A DNA stretch of 51,685 nucleotides. Source: an uncultured Clostridium sp. (GTDB taxonomy: Bacteria; Bacillota; Clostridia; TANB77; CAG-508). Positions within the stretch are counted from its first letter, which is position 1. Each line of letters opens with the position of its first letter. Both the position numbers and the translations under genes were made by a program. This document shows positions 21,288-32,612 of the stretch, one piece after another. Location: positions 1-51,685 of the forward strand of contig CAOKNG010000005.1 in NCBI GenBank assembly GCA_948470025.1. The letters are read 5' to 3'. The notes under the pieces are model-generated. The model did not search any database, was not told the DNA's origin, and saw only the letters and a list, made by a program, of their open reading frames with translations.

Positions 21288-23078
21288 ATGAACGAAAAAA
21301 AAGACGATAAAAAGAAAAAACAAAAACAATTATATGCCGTTATCATCCTATGTACCATATTAGCCGTAGGAGCAATTGTCGCATTATTATTAGGAATTAA
21401 CCAAAAGAACAATGACGAAGAAAAAAACATGGCTTATACGGATTTAATTAAAGAAATTAGTGAAGAAACCGTAGAAAAATTGGAAATGACCGTAGGAAGT
21501 AGCTCTGTAAAAGTAAAACTAAAAGATATAGAAGAAGAAAAAACTTCCATTGTTCCAAGTACACAAGCATTTATCGAGTTAATACAAGAAGAAAAATTAA
21601 AAGGAAATGAAATTAACTTAATCCAAAAACCAAAAAACGTATTCCTACAAATACCAAGTGCACTATTTAGCATTTTACCAACCCTATTAATGCTAGCCGT
21701 TGTTATTCTAATTATTGAAATGCAAGGCTTAGGTGATAAAGGAAAAATCTATGATGGAGGAGAAAATAAAAGCAAAGTTCGTTTTAAAGACATTGCAGGA
21801 CTAGAAGAAGAAAAGAAAGAATTAGAAGAAGTTGTAGACTTCTTAAAAGAACCAAAACGCTTTTATAATATGGGAGCTAAAATTCCAAAAGGAATTTTAT
21901 TATATGGAAAACCAGGAACAGGAAAAACGCTAATTGCAAAAGCCATTGCAGGAGAAGCAGGAGTTCCATTCATCTCTATGAGTGGTTCCGAATTTATTGA
22001 AATGTTTGCAGGGCTTGGAGCCTCTCGTGTACGTAAATTATTTGAAAAAGCAAGAAAACTAGCACCATGCATTGTATTTATTGATGAAATTGATGCCATC
22101 GGTTCCAGAAGAACCGCAAACAGTGGAGCAGAATCGGAAAATAACCAAACACTAAACCAATTATTAGTGGAAATGGATGGGTTTGAAGAAAACGAAACCG
22201 TTATTGTGTTAGCCGCAACCAACCGTCCAGAAATGCTAGATAAAGCATTACTAAGACCAGGAAGATTTGACCGTCAAATTACCATTGCACCACCAGATGT
22301 ACGAGGAAGAGAAGAAATTCTAAAAATCCATTCAGGGGAAAAGAAATTTGCACAAGATGTATCTCTAAAAAGCATTGCAGAAGATACCGCAGGTTATACA
22401 GGAGCAGAACTTGCCAATATTTTAAATGAAGCAGCCATTATTGCTACCATCAATAACCACGAAGCAATCTACAGGGAAGACATTGAAGAGGCAGTAAAAA
22501 AAGTAACTGTCGGAGTACAAAAAAAGACAAGAGTAATTTCCGATAAAGAAAAGAAACTAACTGCATATCACGAAGCAGGACATGCCATCGTAGGAAAATT
22601 CTTAGAAACCTCAGACCCATTAAAAGAAATATCCATCATTCCAAGAGGTGTGGCAGGAGGATACACCATGTACAAATCCAATGAAGACAAATTCTATAAA
22701 TCAAAAACTGAATTAGAAGAAAGATTAATTGGATTGTTAGGTGGAAGAGCAGCCGAAAAACTAGCCCTAAATGACATATCCACAGGAGCAAGAAACGACA
22801 TACAAGTAGCAACCGAAATTGCAAAAGAAATGGTAACAGCCTATGGAATGAGCGACCGACTTGGTCCAATTTCACTAGAAGAAAATGACAATCTTGCTAT
22901 GTTTGGAGAAAGCATGGAAGATGTGATTGGAGTTGAAATTAAAACCTTCATTGATACCGCCTATAGCCAAGCACAAGAAATTCTAAAAGCCAACATGGAC
23001 AAGCTAGACATTGTAGCAGGGTTATTACTAGAAAAAGAAACCATTACAGCAGAAGAATTTGATGCAGTGTTTGAATAA
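21288..23078 (+). CDS. ftsH: ATP-dependent zinc metalloprotease FtsH
   Basis: Two TM segments, GKPGTGKT, FIDEIDAIG, ATNRPEMLDKALLRPGRFDR and HEAGH. Confidence 0.97.
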   Translation: MNEKKDDKKKKQKQLYAVIILCTILAVGAIVALLLGINQKNNDEEKNMAYTDLIKEISEETVEKLEMTVGSSSVKVKLKDIEEEKTSIVPSTQAFIELIQEEKLKGNEINLIQKPKNVFLQIPSALFSILPTLLMLAVVILIIEMQGLGDKGKIYDGGENKSKVRFKDIAGLEEEKKELEEVVDFLKEPKRFYNMGAKIPKGILLYGKPGTGKTLIAKAIAGEAGVPFISMSGSEFIEMFAGLGASRVRKLFEKARKLAPCIVFIDEIDAIGSRRTANSGAESENNQTLNQLLVEMDGFEENETVIVLAATNRPEMLDKALLRPGRFDRQITIAPPDVRGREEILKIHSGEKKFAQDVSLKSIAEDTAGYTGAELANILNEAAIIATINNHEAIYREDIEEAVKKVTVGVQKKTRVISDKEKKLTAYHEAGHAIVGKFLETSDPLKEISIIPRGVAGGYTMYKSNEDKFYKSKTELEERLIGLLGGRAAEKLALNDISTGARNDIQVATEIAKEMVTAYGMSDRLGPISLEENDNLAMFGESMEDVIGVEIKTFIDTAYSQAQEILKANMDKLDIVAGLLLEKETITAEEFDAVFE

Positions 23079-23086
23079 AAAAATGA

Positions 23087-23113
23087 AAAGAACACTTGAA
23101 AAGTGTTCTTTTT
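23087..23113 (+). terminator. Terminator after ftsH, overlapping a likely promoter of the TA pair
   Basis: AAAAGAACACTT-GAA-AAGTGTTCTTTT; overlapping TTGAAA...TAGAAT. Confidence 0.65.
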
Positions 23114-23147
23114 TTCGGTAGAATATAGTTGTTAAGGGTGAGAAAAA

Positions 23148-23552
23148 ATGGAAGAAATAAAAGATAAAGTAATGAAACTGATATGCTCTAAGGTGGACTG
23201 TGAAGCAATTGTTATTTTTGGAAGTTTTGCAAGAGGAACACAAAATGAAGAAAGTGATATTGACATTGCAATAAAAGTAAATGGTGAAATAACGAAAAAA
23301 GAATTGTTTGAAATGAGTTGTTTTTTAGAAGACCAATTAAAACGAGACATTGATTTAGTCAATCTTGATACCATTGAAAATGATGGGTTTAAGTATGAAA
23401 TTTTAATCAATGGCATTACGATTTATTGTAAGAATCATGATGAATTTGAACAATATAAACTAGATGCTTACCGAGAATATTTGGAATTGAATGAGGCACG
23501 AAAAGCGATTATTGATGAAATGAAAAAGGAGAAAGAAAGCAATGGAAAATGA
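23148..23552 (+). CDS. mntA: Minimal nucleotidyltransferase (MNT) antitoxin
   Basis: FGSFARG...SDIDIA (GSx10DxD) and DIDLV. Confidence 0.88.
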   Translation: MEEIKDKVMKLICSKVDCEAIVIFGSFARGTQNEESDIDIAIKVNGEITKKELFEMSCFLEDQLKRDIDLVNLDTIENDGFKYEILINGITIYCKNHDEFEQYKLDAYREYLELNEARKAIIDEMKKEKESNGK

Positions 23553-23955
23553 AGCGGTTATTATTAATAAATATGATAGTATACAAAAATGTATCAAACG
23601 TATCAAGGAAGAATATGAGGGCAATATTGAAAATTTATACAATTATAAAAAATTAGACCCTATTGTACTAAATTTACAAAGAGCATGTGAAGCAAGTATT
23701 GATATAGCAATGTATATTGTTTCAAACCGAAAATTAGGAGTACCTCAAACCAAAAAAGAAGCATTTATAAAATTAGAAGAAAACAAATTAATTTCAAAAG
23801 AAATTAGCAAGAATATGCAAAAGATGATAGGATTTCGTAATATCGCAATTCACGAATATAAGCAGATTGAGGAAGAAATACTTGCCGACATTATCGAAAA
23901 CCATTTAACAGACCTAACCGATTTTGCAAAAGCAATATTAAATTTAGAGAGATAG
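23542..23955 (+). CDS. hepT: HEPN/DUF86 RNase toxin
   Basis: GFRNIAIHEY (Rx4H-Y); overlaps the MNT gene. Confidence 0.88.
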   Translation: MENEAVIINKYDSIQKCIKRIKEEYEGNIENLYNYKKLDPIVLNLQRACEASIDIAMYIVSNRKLGVPQTKKEAFIKLEENKLISKEISKNMQKMIGFRNIAIHEYKQIEEEILADIIENHLTDLTDFAKAILNLER

Positions 23956-24086
23956 ATTTGGAAAGAATAAAAAACAGTCAAAAATTAGGAAAAAATGTTG
24001 TTCATTTTTTATTTATATGATAATATATAAGTCGTATTATGCATAAAGTTATAATACGATTTATTTTATTTTGGGGAGTTTAGAAA

Positions 24087-26216
24087 TTGAAAGAGAAATT
24101 TGAGGAAGAAAACATTGCAAATGAGAAGGAAGAAGTAGTTGTAGGAAAGCAAGAAGAAAAGGCAAAAGTAGAAGAGGTGCAACCAAAGGAAGAAAAATTA
24201 GAAGTAGAAAAAACAGAAAAGAAAACAACGAAATCGAAAAAGAAGACTTCAAAGAAGACAAATACCATGATTGAAATGCGACAAGAAGAGCCAGAAGCAG
24301 AGATGAAGATAAAAAAACAAGCAGAGATAGCAATATTAGGTCAGAAAATAGACGAGCAACTAGAACAAATAGAGTTAGAAAAAAAGGAAGAAGCACAAAA
24401 GCAAGTGCAAAATGAAGTAGAAAAAAATGCAGTAGTGAAAAAAGAAAATCAGAAAATAAGTCAAGAAGTTAAAGAAAATAATAAGGTAGTAAATCCAATA
24501 CTAGAAAAAGAAAAATTAAGTAAGAAAGAAAAGCAAGCAGTAGAGAAGAAAGAAAAAAGTAAATTGAAAAAACAAGAAGAGGAGAACAAAGAAGAGGCTA
24601 ATAAGGAAGGACAAGAAAGTATTGCTACAGGTGAGGACGAAAAAACAGAAGAAGTAAAAACAAAAAAGAAACCTACTTCTCATCGTGGTACAAAAGTAAT
24701 TGCTATCTTAGTAGCCATTCTTGTTCTCATTGGTCTTGCATGTTCTACCATATTTGCACTAATCAATAAAGGTAGCGATAAAATTATAGAAGGTGTGCAA
24801 ATAAAGGGAATTAATGTAAGCAATCTAACACGAGAAGAAGCAGAAAATAAATTAAATGAAGTCTTTCGTGAACAATTTAAAAAAGAAATTTCTTTAAAAC
24901 ACGGTGAGTATGAAACAAAGCTAACACCAGAGCAAATTGAATTCAACTTTAAGGTAACAGAAGCTGTCGAATTAGCCTATAGTAAAGGTAGAACCGGAAA
25001 CATTTTAAAAGATAACTATGATATTTTAAGCACCAAATGGAATGGGGTTGAGATTACTCCAGAATATACCTACAATGATGAATTGTTAACCACTTTTATT
25101 GCAGGAACACAAGAAAATTTACCAGACATTGTAAAGCAAAGTAGTTATTCTATAGAAGGTTCAAAGCTAAACATATACAAAGGTGAAAAAGGTGTTGCAA
25201 TTGAGCAAGAAAGCTTAAAAAAACATATTATTGAAGCAGGGGTAGATTTTAACAGTGAACATGTAATTGAAATGCCAATTACCGAAGTACAACCAGATCC
25301 AATTGACTTAAATAAAATACGAAGTGAAATTTACAAAGAACCAAAAAACGCATATTATACACAAAATCCATTTACCATTTATCCACATGTTAATGGTGTC
25401 GATTTTGCCATTAGTATAGAAGAGGCACAAAACCAAGTAAATGCTTCTACAGAGCTAAATATTACCATTCCTTTAAAAATTACCACACCAGCAGTTACGA
25501 CCAATCAAATTGGAACAGAGGCATTTCCAGATTTATTAGCTACATTTTCAACCACATTTTCAACCAGTAATGCGAATAGAACAACCAATATTCGTTTAGC
25601 TTCTAATAAAATTAATGGAGTAGTGTTATTACCAGGGGAAGAATTTTATTATAATAAAGTAGTAGGACAAAGGACAGCTGCAACAGGATTTAAATCAGCT
25701 GGTGTCTATGTAAATGGACGAGTAGAAAATGGTATTGGAGGAGGAATATGTCAGGTTTCTTCTACATTATATAATACTGTACTAAGAGCAAACTTAGAAA
25801 TCGTCAAACGTTCCAACCATTATTTTGCAACAGGATATGTGCCACTTAGTACAGATGCAACTGTTTCTTGGGGAGGTCCAGAATTTGCATTTAAGAATTC
25901 AAGAAAATACCCAATTAAGGTAGTATCTTCTGTAAATGGAGGAAAAATTACGGTTAGCATTTATGGCTGTAAAGAAGAAGTAGAATACGAGGTAATCATT
26001 CAATCACAAACCTTACAAACCATTCCAATGAAAACCGAATACCGTGTAAACCCTGCTCTTCCAAAAGGAACCACAAAAACAGTTCAAAAGGGACATGGTG
26101 GCTATAAATCAAGAGCATACCGAATTTTAAAATTAAATGGAACCGAGGTATCAAGACAATTATTATCAACGGATACCTATGCACAATTATCCACCATCAT
26201 TGAACAAAATCCATAA
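24087..26216 (+). CDS. VanW family protein with PG-binding repeats and a C-terminal G5 domain
   Basis: Long charged N-terminus, one TM, NRTTNIRLA, GGGICQVSSTLYN, DATVSWG, and a G5-like tail. Confidence 0.88.
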   Translation: MKEKFEEENIANEKEEVVVGKQEEKAKVEEVQPKEEKLEVEKTEKKTTKSKKKTSKKTNTMIEMRQEEPEAEMKIKKQAEIAILGQKIDEQLEQIELEKKEEAQKQVQNEVEKNAVVKKENQKISQEVKENNKVVNPILEKEKLSKKEKQAVEKKEKSKLKKQEEENKEEANKEGQESIATGEDEKTEEVKTKKKPTSHRGTKVIAILVAILVLIGLACSTIFALINKGSDKIIEGVQIKGINVSNLTREEAENKLNEVFREQFKKEISLKHGEYETKLTPEQIEFNFKVTEAVELAYSKGRTGNILKDNYDILSTKWNGVEITPEYTYNDELLTTFIAGTQENLPDIVKQSSYSIEGSKLNIYKGEKGVAIEQESLKKHIIEAGVDFNSEHVIEMPITEVQPDPIDLNKIRSEIYKEPKNAYYTQNPFTIYPHVNGVDFAISIEEAQNQVNASTELNITIPLKITTPAVTTNQIGTEAFPDLLATFSTTFSTSNANRTTNIRLASNKINGVVLLPGEEFYYNKVVGQRTAATGFKSAGVYVNGRVENGIGGGICQVSSTLYNTVLRANLEIVKRSNHYFATGYVPLSTDATVSWGGPEFAFKNSRKYPIKVVSSVNGGKITVSIYGCKEEVEYEVIIQSQTLQTIPMKTEYRVNPALPKGTTKTVQKGHGGYKSRAYRILKLNGTEVSRQLLSTDTYAQLSTIIEQNP

Positions 26217-26257
26217 TAAAAAACTTAAACGAAATTCTGCAAAGGCATACAAGAAAA

Positions 26258-26305
26258 GGCCCCTTTATTTAAGGGGGCTGTCGCCGATAGGCGACTGGGG
26301 GTTCT
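26258..26305 (+). repeat. Intergenic double-hairpin repeat, copy 2
   Basis: GGCCCCTTTATTTAAGGGGGCTGTCGCCGATAGGCGACTGGGGGTTCT. Confidence 0.9.
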
Positions 26306-26362
26306 TAAAAGAACATATAAGATTCCACCAACAATTAACATATAAATAAGGGAGATATAATT

Positions 26363-27058
26363 ATGAATTGGGAAGAAAAAGGAAAACAAAAATCATTATG
26401 GAATGGCGAAATTAGCAATTTATCAAAAAAAGAAAGAATTGCCGAAAAATTAGCAAAACGAGTAAAAGACGGAGATGTCATTGGCGTTGGTTCTGGTTCT
26501 ACGTCTTTTGTAGCAACCAAAGCAATTGCAAAAAGAATGAAAGAAGAAAACTTACAAATTACAGCAATACCAACTTCGTATGAAGTAAAGCTATTATGCG
26601 AAAACATGGGAATTCCAACAACCACCCTTATGGTACAAAAACCAGATTGGGCATATGACGGAGCAGATGAAGTAACACCTCAAAATTGGCTAATAAAAGG
26701 AAGAGGTGGAGCCATGTACCATGAAAAACTAAACATAGCGGCAAGCCCAATTACCTATATTCTAGTAGATGATTCCAAAATGGTAGAACATATTTGCGAT
26801 AAATTCCCAATTCCAGTTGAAGTCCATCCAGAAGCCATTAACTTAGTAAGACAAGCCTTATTAGAAATGGGAGCAGAAGAAATTACCTTACGTTTAGCAA
26901 AAGGAAAAGATGGACCAGTCATTACCGAAAGAGGAAATGCCATATTAGATGTTGTATTTCGAAACGTAGACAACACATATGAAACAAAATTAAAAAGCAT
27001 GGTAGGGGTTGTAGAAACCGGATTATTCATTGGTTACAACGTAATCATCGAAAAATAA
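26363..27058 (+). CDS. rpiA: Ribose-5-phosphate isomerase A
   Basis: [21 protein letters not shown] and GVVETGLF. Confidence 0.95.
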   Translation: MNWEEKGKQKSLWNGEISNLSKKERIAEKLAKRVKDGDVIGVGSGSTSFVATKAIAKRMKEENLQITAIPTSYEVKLLCENMGIPTTTLMVQKPDWAYDGADEVTPQNWLIKGRGGAMYHEKLNIAASPITYILVDDSKMVEHICDKFPIPVEVHPEAINLVRQALLEMGAEEITLRLAKGKDGPVITERGNAILDVVFRNVDNTYETKLKSMVGVVETGLFIGYNVIIEK

Positions 27059-27083
27059 ATTGTGGACAAAAAGGAGGAACGTG

Positions 27084-28088
27084 ATGGACGAAAACAGTAT
27101 TATTAGTCCAGAATTAGAGGATGTAGAAGAAGAAAGATTAGAAAATTCGCTACGTCCGAAAACCTTAAAAGAATATATTGGACAAGATAAGGTAAAAGAA
27201 AATTTAAAAGTATATATAGAGGCTGCCAAAAAAAGAGAGGAGCCTCTTGACCATGTTCTATTATATGGACCTCCAGGACTAGGAAAAACCACCCTTTCTA
27301 ATATTATTTCAAATGAAATGAATTCCAACATAAAAATTACCTCTGGGCCAGCCATTGAGAAACCAGGTGACTTAGCAGCATTACTTACCAATCTTTCCGA
27401 ATTTGATGTACTATTTATAGATGAAATTCACCGTCTTAATAAAAGCGTAGAAGAAATTTTATACCCAGCCTTAGAAGACTTTACCCTAGATATTATTATA
27501 GGAAAAGGCCCAAGTGCTAGGTCAATCCGTTTAGACTTGCCGAAATTTACGTTAATTGGTGCAACCACAAAGGCCGGTTCTTTAACCACTCCACTACGTG
27601 ACCGTTTTGGAATTGTAAGCCGATTAGAATTATACGCACCAGACCAACTAAACCAAATTGTAAAAAGGTCAGCTACTATTTTAGGAGTTACCATAGATGA
27701 TACCGCTTCTTTTGAAATTGCGAAACGTTCCCGTGGTACACCAAGAATCGCAAACCGTATTTTAAAAAGAGTACGTGATTATGCCTCTGTATTAGGAAAT
27801 GGAGCCATTACCTTAGAAATTGCTAAGATTGCATTAAATAAATTGGAAATTGATGAATTAGGCTTAGATGAAACCGACCGTAAAATGTTAGAAACTATTA
27901 TTACCAAATATAAGGGAGGACCAGTAGGGCTAGAAACACTTGCCGCAACCATTGGAGAAGAAGTAGAAACCATTGAAGATGTATATGAGCCATACTTAAT
28001 GCAAATTGGTTTTTTATCCCGTACACCAAGAGGAAGAATGGCAATGCCAGATGCCTTTAAGCATTTAGGAATTGCATATGAAGGATAA
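27084..28088 (+). CDS. ruvB: Holliday junction branch migration helicase RuvB
   Basis: [38 protein letters not shown] and GGPVGL; AGGAGG RBS before GTG 27081/ATG 27084. Confidence 0.98.
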   Translation: MDENSIISPELEDVEEERLENSLRPKTLKEYIGQDKVKENLKVYIEAAKKREEPLDHVLLYGPPGLGKTTLSNIISNEMNSNIKITSGPAIEKPGDLAALLTNLSEFDVLFIDEIHRLNKSVEEILYPALEDFTLDIIIGKGPSARSIRLDLPKFTLIGATTKAGSLTTPLRDRFGIVSRLELYAPDQLNQIVKRSATILGVTIDDTASFEIAKRSRGTPRIANRILKRVRDYASVLGNGAITLEIAKIALNKLEIDELGLDETDRKMLETIITKYKGGPVGLETLAATIGEEVETIEDVYEPYLMQIGFLSRTPRGRMAMPDAFKHLGIAYEG

Positions 28089-28121
28089 GATAACTTAAAG
28101 GTAGAAAGGAATCATATAAGA

Positions 28122-28826
28122 ATGGGAAAAGAGAAAGTATTAATTATCATACCAGCCTATAATGAACAAGAAAATATTCAAAATGTAGTAAATGAAGTAA
28201 TGGCAACCAATAATACAGTAGATGTTGTAGTTGTGAATGATGGTTCAAAAGATGAAACCTTGCAAAGAGCAAAGAGAACCAATGCAAAAGTAATCGATTT
28301 ACCCAATAACTTAGGAATTGGTGGAGCAGTACAAACAGGAATGTTATATGCTAGTAAAAACCACTATGGTATTGCCATACAACTAGATGGCGATGGTCAA
28401 CATGACCCAACCTATATTAAATCAATGGTGCAAAAAATGGAAGAAGGCTATGATATGGTAATTGGTTCTCGTTTTGTAGAAAAAACAGGCTATCAACAAA
28501 CTTTTTTCCGTATGTTAGGAATTAATATCACTTCCATATTAATCAAACGAATTACAGGAGTAAAAATATATGATACCACCTCTGGTTTTCGCGCAGTCAA
28601 TAAAGGAATTATAGAAGAATTTGCAAAACAATATCCATATGATTATCCAGAACCAGAAACCAATATGAAAATGATTTTAAGAAAGAAGAAAATTTTAGAA
28701 ATGCCAGTAGAAATGCGAAAAAGAATGGCAGGAAAATCCTTTATCACACCAGTAAAATCAGTAAAATATATGGTAAAAGTAACCCTATCATTACTAATGG
28801 CAAAATTAAAACTAAAAGAATATTAA
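28122..28826 (+). CDS. GT2 glycosyltransferase (polyprenol-phosphate sugar synthase-like)
   Basis: IIPAYNE, VVNDGSKD, NLGIGGA, DGDGQH and DTTSGFR. Confidence 0.9.
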   Translation: MGKEKVLIIIPAYNEQENIQNVVNEVMATNNTVDVVVVNDGSKDETLQRAKRTNAKVIDLPNNLGIGGAVQTGMLYASKNHYGIAIQLDGDGQHDPTYIKSMVQKMEEGYDMVIGSRFVEKTGYQQTFFRMLGINITSILIKRITGVKIYDTTSGFRAVNKGIIEEFAKQYPYDYPEPETNMKMILRKKKILEMPVEMRKRMAGKSFITPVKSVKYMVKVTLSLLMAKLKLKEY

Positions 28827-28867
28827 AGGTAACGATTCTAATGCTTCGAAGAAATAGCTATAAAAAA

Positions 28868-28912
28868 GGCCCCTTTACCTAAGGGGGCTGTCGCGGAGCG
28901 ACTGGGGGTTCT
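28868..28912 (+). repeat. Intergenic double-hairpin repeat, copy 3
   Basis: GGCCCCTTTACCTAAGGGGGCTGTCGCGGAGCGACTGGGGGTTCT. Confidence 0.9.
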
Positions 28913-28957
28913 CAAAAACGAATTGAAAAAAGACGAAAAAAAGGAAGGTTAAGAAAC

Positions 28958-29314
28958 ATGATTTATTACCTAGGAATGGCTTTTGCTGTCATATTTCTCA
29001 TTTTTATCTTAAACTTAGTAAAGAAAAATAAATTAGATGAAAAATACTCTATTGTATGGATTATCTTTTCATTAGGAATTTTAGTTATATCCATATTTCA
29101 TGATTGGATAATGGGAATTGCTTTAAAACTTGGAGTATATTATCCACCTATTTTTCTATTACTATTTGCCATTATCATAGAAGGAATATACATTGTCCAT
29201 ATTACAATTGCGATTACCAAGCAAAATAAAATGATGATAAAACTAACACAAGAATTAGCGATTTTAAAAGAAAAAGTAGAAGAAACGGATGAAGAAAACC
29301 ATGATAAAAAATAA
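28958..29314 (+). CDS. DUF2304 family membrane protein
   Basis: KYSIVW, LGVYYPP and IKLTQELAIL; the usual partner of the upstream GT2. Confidence 0.85.
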   Translation: MIYYLGMAFAVIFLIFILNLVKKNKLDEKYSIVWIIFSLGILVISIFHDWIMGIALKLGVYYPPIFLLLFAIIIEGIYIVHITIAITKQNKMMIKLTQELAILKEKVEETDEENHDKK

Positions 29315-30554
29315 GAAATTTGCCAAAAATTTTATATGGAACACCATAGGAAGCACATTAGCTTCCTTTAGCTCCGTATTCTTATTAATCATCATTACTA
29401 GAATTAATGGAATAGAGGAAGCTGGAATATTTACCATTACATTTGCAACTGCTAGTATATTTTATATTGTTGCGATATATTCCGGACGAAATTGTCAAAT
29501 AACAGATGTAGAAGGGAAAATTAAGGATAAAGAATACATAATCAGTAGGGTGATTACTTGTTTTATAATGGCAATTATTGTGTTTTTCTATGTACTGATA
29601 AAAAACTATGACACACACAAAAGTGCAATATTAATCTTTTTATGCCTATGGAAAGGGTTAGAAGCATTTCATGATGTACTATATGGAACCTTACAAAAAA
29701 ATGGAGAACTTTATAAAGTAGGGATTTCATTAATATTAAGGACGATACTTGGAATAGGTTCATTTTTTCTAATAGATAGGATAACAAACAATCTCGTGTA
29801 TGGAGCATTGGCGTTATGCGTAACAACGATTATTACCATGTTATGTTATGATTTACCACAAATTAGAAAAATTTTAATACCAAAAGAACAAATTGAAAAA
29901 AAGCATATTATTCAGATTTATCAAAAAGAGTTTTTCTTGTTTGCCAATACCTTTTTAACCATGTATGTATTAAATGCAACAAAATATGCAATAGAAGCCT
30001 ATTTAACAGAAGATATACAAGCAGTTTTTGGCATTATTTTAATGCCAGCAAGTATTTTACCACTATTTGCACAATTTATTGTAGCACCACTCATCAATCA
30101 ATTAACTGATTTATATAAAACTAGAAATACAGAACAAATGAAACAATTAAAGAGAAAATCGATGTACTTTATTATAGGATTTGGCATAATTGCCATTTTC
30201 TTAGGCTATACCATTGGAATACCAGTATTAAATTTTGTTTATAATGTCGACTTAACCTCGTATCGACTAGATTTAGCAATATTACTATTTGCCTATATTT
30301 TCTATGCTATGGGATATGTAGAAACAATTATCTTAACAATTTATCGAAAAATGAAAGAGCAGTTTTTGGTTTATGTGATAACTGCCATTATGATTTTTGG
30401 ATTATCCTATTATTTAGTAAATAAAATGGGAGTAAGAGGAGCAAGCATCGCTTGCGTTATAACTATGATAACATATAATCTATTACTTGCAATCATCAAT
30501 CACTACCAAACCAAAAAGCAAGAGAGAATACAAACAGATAAGGTTAATGTTTAG
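29301..30554 (+). CDS. Polysaccharide flippase (Wzx-like)
   Basis: KNFIWNTIGS N-terminus, many TM segments and glycan-cluster context. The ORF track starts at 29289. Confidence 0.8.
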   Translation: MIKNKKFAKNFIWNTIGSTLASFSSVFLLIIITRINGIEEAGIFTITFATASIFYIVAIYSGRNCQITDVEGKIKDKEYIISRVITCFIMAIIVFFYVLIKNYDTHKSAILIFLCLWKGLEAFHDVLYGTLQKNGELYKVGISLILRTILGIGSFFLIDRITNNLVYGALALCVTTIITMLCYDLPQIRKILIPKEQIEKKHIIQIYQKEFFLFANTFLTMYVLNATKYAIEAYLTEDIQAVFGIILMPASILPLFAQFIVAPLINQLTDLYKTRNTEQMKQLKRKSMYFIIGFGIIAIFLGYTIGIPVLNFVYNVDLTSYRLDLAILLFAYIFYAMGYVETIILTIYRKMKEQFLVYVITAIMIFGLSYYLVNKMGVRGASIACVITMITYNLLLAIINHYQTKKQERIQTDKVNV

Positions 30555-30589
30555 CTAAATTAGAATAACTTACAAAGCCGGACAAAAAA

Positions 30590-30634
30590 GCCCCTTTAAC
30601 AAGAGGGCTGTCAGCGGAGCTGACTGGGGGATCT
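30590..30634 (+). repeat. Intergenic double-hairpin repeat, copy 4
   Basis: GCCCCTTTAACAAGAGGGCTGTCAGCGGAGCTGACTGGGGGATCT. Confidence 0.88.
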
Positions 30635-30693
30635 AAAAAAAACATTCCATTAAGATAGAATCCGAATATAGAACAAAAATAAAGGAGAAGAGA

Positions 30694-32479
30694 ATGTCAA
30701 TTATATATAGTATTTCTGTAATATTATTATTTGTGGCAATGATATTAGTAAAAAAATCGGAAAAGAAATTAGATATAATCATAACATTCGTATTAAGCAT
30801 AGTGCTATTACTTTGCTATAATACTTTTTTGTGTTATGTATTTACCATGTGCCATATTCCAATACATTTAGGTAGCTTAGCAGTAATCAATATGCTTATT
30901 GTAGTAGGGTTCGTACGGAAAAATGCTTTATGAAAAACAAATACAAACCTATAAAATAGACCTTCAAGATGTTATTGTAATTGCCTGTATGATAATGCTA
31001 ATATGGGTAATTGTTTGTTTACAATATGGAATTCCATTAAATATAAAATACATCATGACAGATGCAGCAGCACATTTTGATGCAGCAGAAGAATTCTACC
31101 ACAAAGAAGCATTATTATTAAAAGACGGAAAATACATGATGCCAGGAGCTTATAGTAATAGTGGCATTTTATTTAAAGTATTAGCACCATGGATTGGAGA
31201 AATGAATTTATATAATGTGTTTATTTGTTTTGATATTGGTATTCTTATCCTAAATGGAATGCTAATGTATTGTATTTTAAAAACAAAAGCAAAAACGAAA
31301 TTAGGTAGTATAGTAGCAGGTATTGTTGCAGTAGTGTATTTATTAGGCTACCCATTAAACAGTATGCTATTTGGGTATAGTTACCTTAGTGTAGGAATTG
31401 CCATTATTGCTGCTATTATATTGGTAATGCAAGCATTTCAAGAAGAAGCGATACCAGCATGGATAAAAATAACCATACTATTTTTACTATGTACACAAGT
31501 ATTCTTTTCCTATTACTTATTTGTTCCAGCAGTATATGGAGCATTAGGAATTTATTATATGCTATACTTTTGGAAAAAGCATAAAAAAATATGGAATAAA
31601 GAAATGATTACATATGTCATAATTACATTAGTAATTCCCATGCTAATAGGACTTGGATACCATGTTTTTCCACAAATGGTTTCCTTCGTACCAACCCAGC
31701 TTATGAATGGAATGAAAGATGAAGGCTATATCTACCGTAACATGATTACCAATATGCTACTACTCTTACCATTTGCCATTTACTATTTATACAGACACGA
31801 AAAAGAGAAGAAAAGTAATTTTATTACAGTATTTACAATTGTCTTTATCAATTACGCTGTAATTATGTATTTTGCAATGACAAAGGGGATTATTTCTACG
31901 TACTTTTTCTACAAATTGCATTTTATCCTATGGCTTATTTTATGGGTACTATTCTATAAAGGGAGCCTTGCAATAGAAGAAAACGTAAAAAAAGGAAAAG
32001 AAATTGTTGCTACATACCTATGTGTTTATGTGATATTATTAATCTTTTCGCTTTTAACAAGCAATGTGCAAATTAATAAAAGTAGCGATACACACGAAAA
32101 AATAACGGATGTAATGGACATCTATGGAATTAACAAAACACTAATCTTCCGAACAGGAATTGACTTTTATACAGATGAAATTGACATATTAAAACAAGTA
32201 AAGCAAAATGGTATTTCGCTAAAAGATAACAATACCTTAATTCTAGCAAACCAAAGGCAAGAATTCTGGATTTGGGCCATTCTAAAATACAAATATAAGG
32301 AAAATCTATATTATGCAACAACAAAACAAGATGTTGAAAAATGGAACAATAAAACCTATGAATACCTAATCTACTTTAAAGATAGTTCCACCTATAAAAA
32401 CCTAAAACAAATCGTCAATTTACAAGAAAAAGAAATCATATTCGAAAACGAAAAAGGAGCAATTCTAAAAAATAAGTAA
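30694..32479 (+). CDS. Multi-pass membrane protein (possible GT-C glycosyltransferase), about 594 aa; +1 shift at CGG 30916
   Basis: Both ORF pieces align end to end with the uninterrupted paralog at 34773-36626; the joint reads VVGFV-G-KMLYEKQIQ. Confidence 0.8.
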
Positions 32480-32514
32480 TAACGGTAACATAGACTACAA
32501 AGCCGTGCTAAAAA

Positions 32515-32560
32515 GCCCCTTTAACAAGGGGGCTGTCGCCAATAGGCGACTGGGGGTTCT
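32515..32560 (+). repeat. Intergenic double-hairpin repeat, copy 5
   Basis: GCCCCTTTAACAAGGGGGCTGTCGCCAATAGGCGACTGGGGGTTCT. Confidence 0.9.
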
Positions 32561-32612
32561 TAAAGGAAAGTTCTACAAGAACCCTCTCAAATAAACAAAA
32601 TAGGAGAAAACG

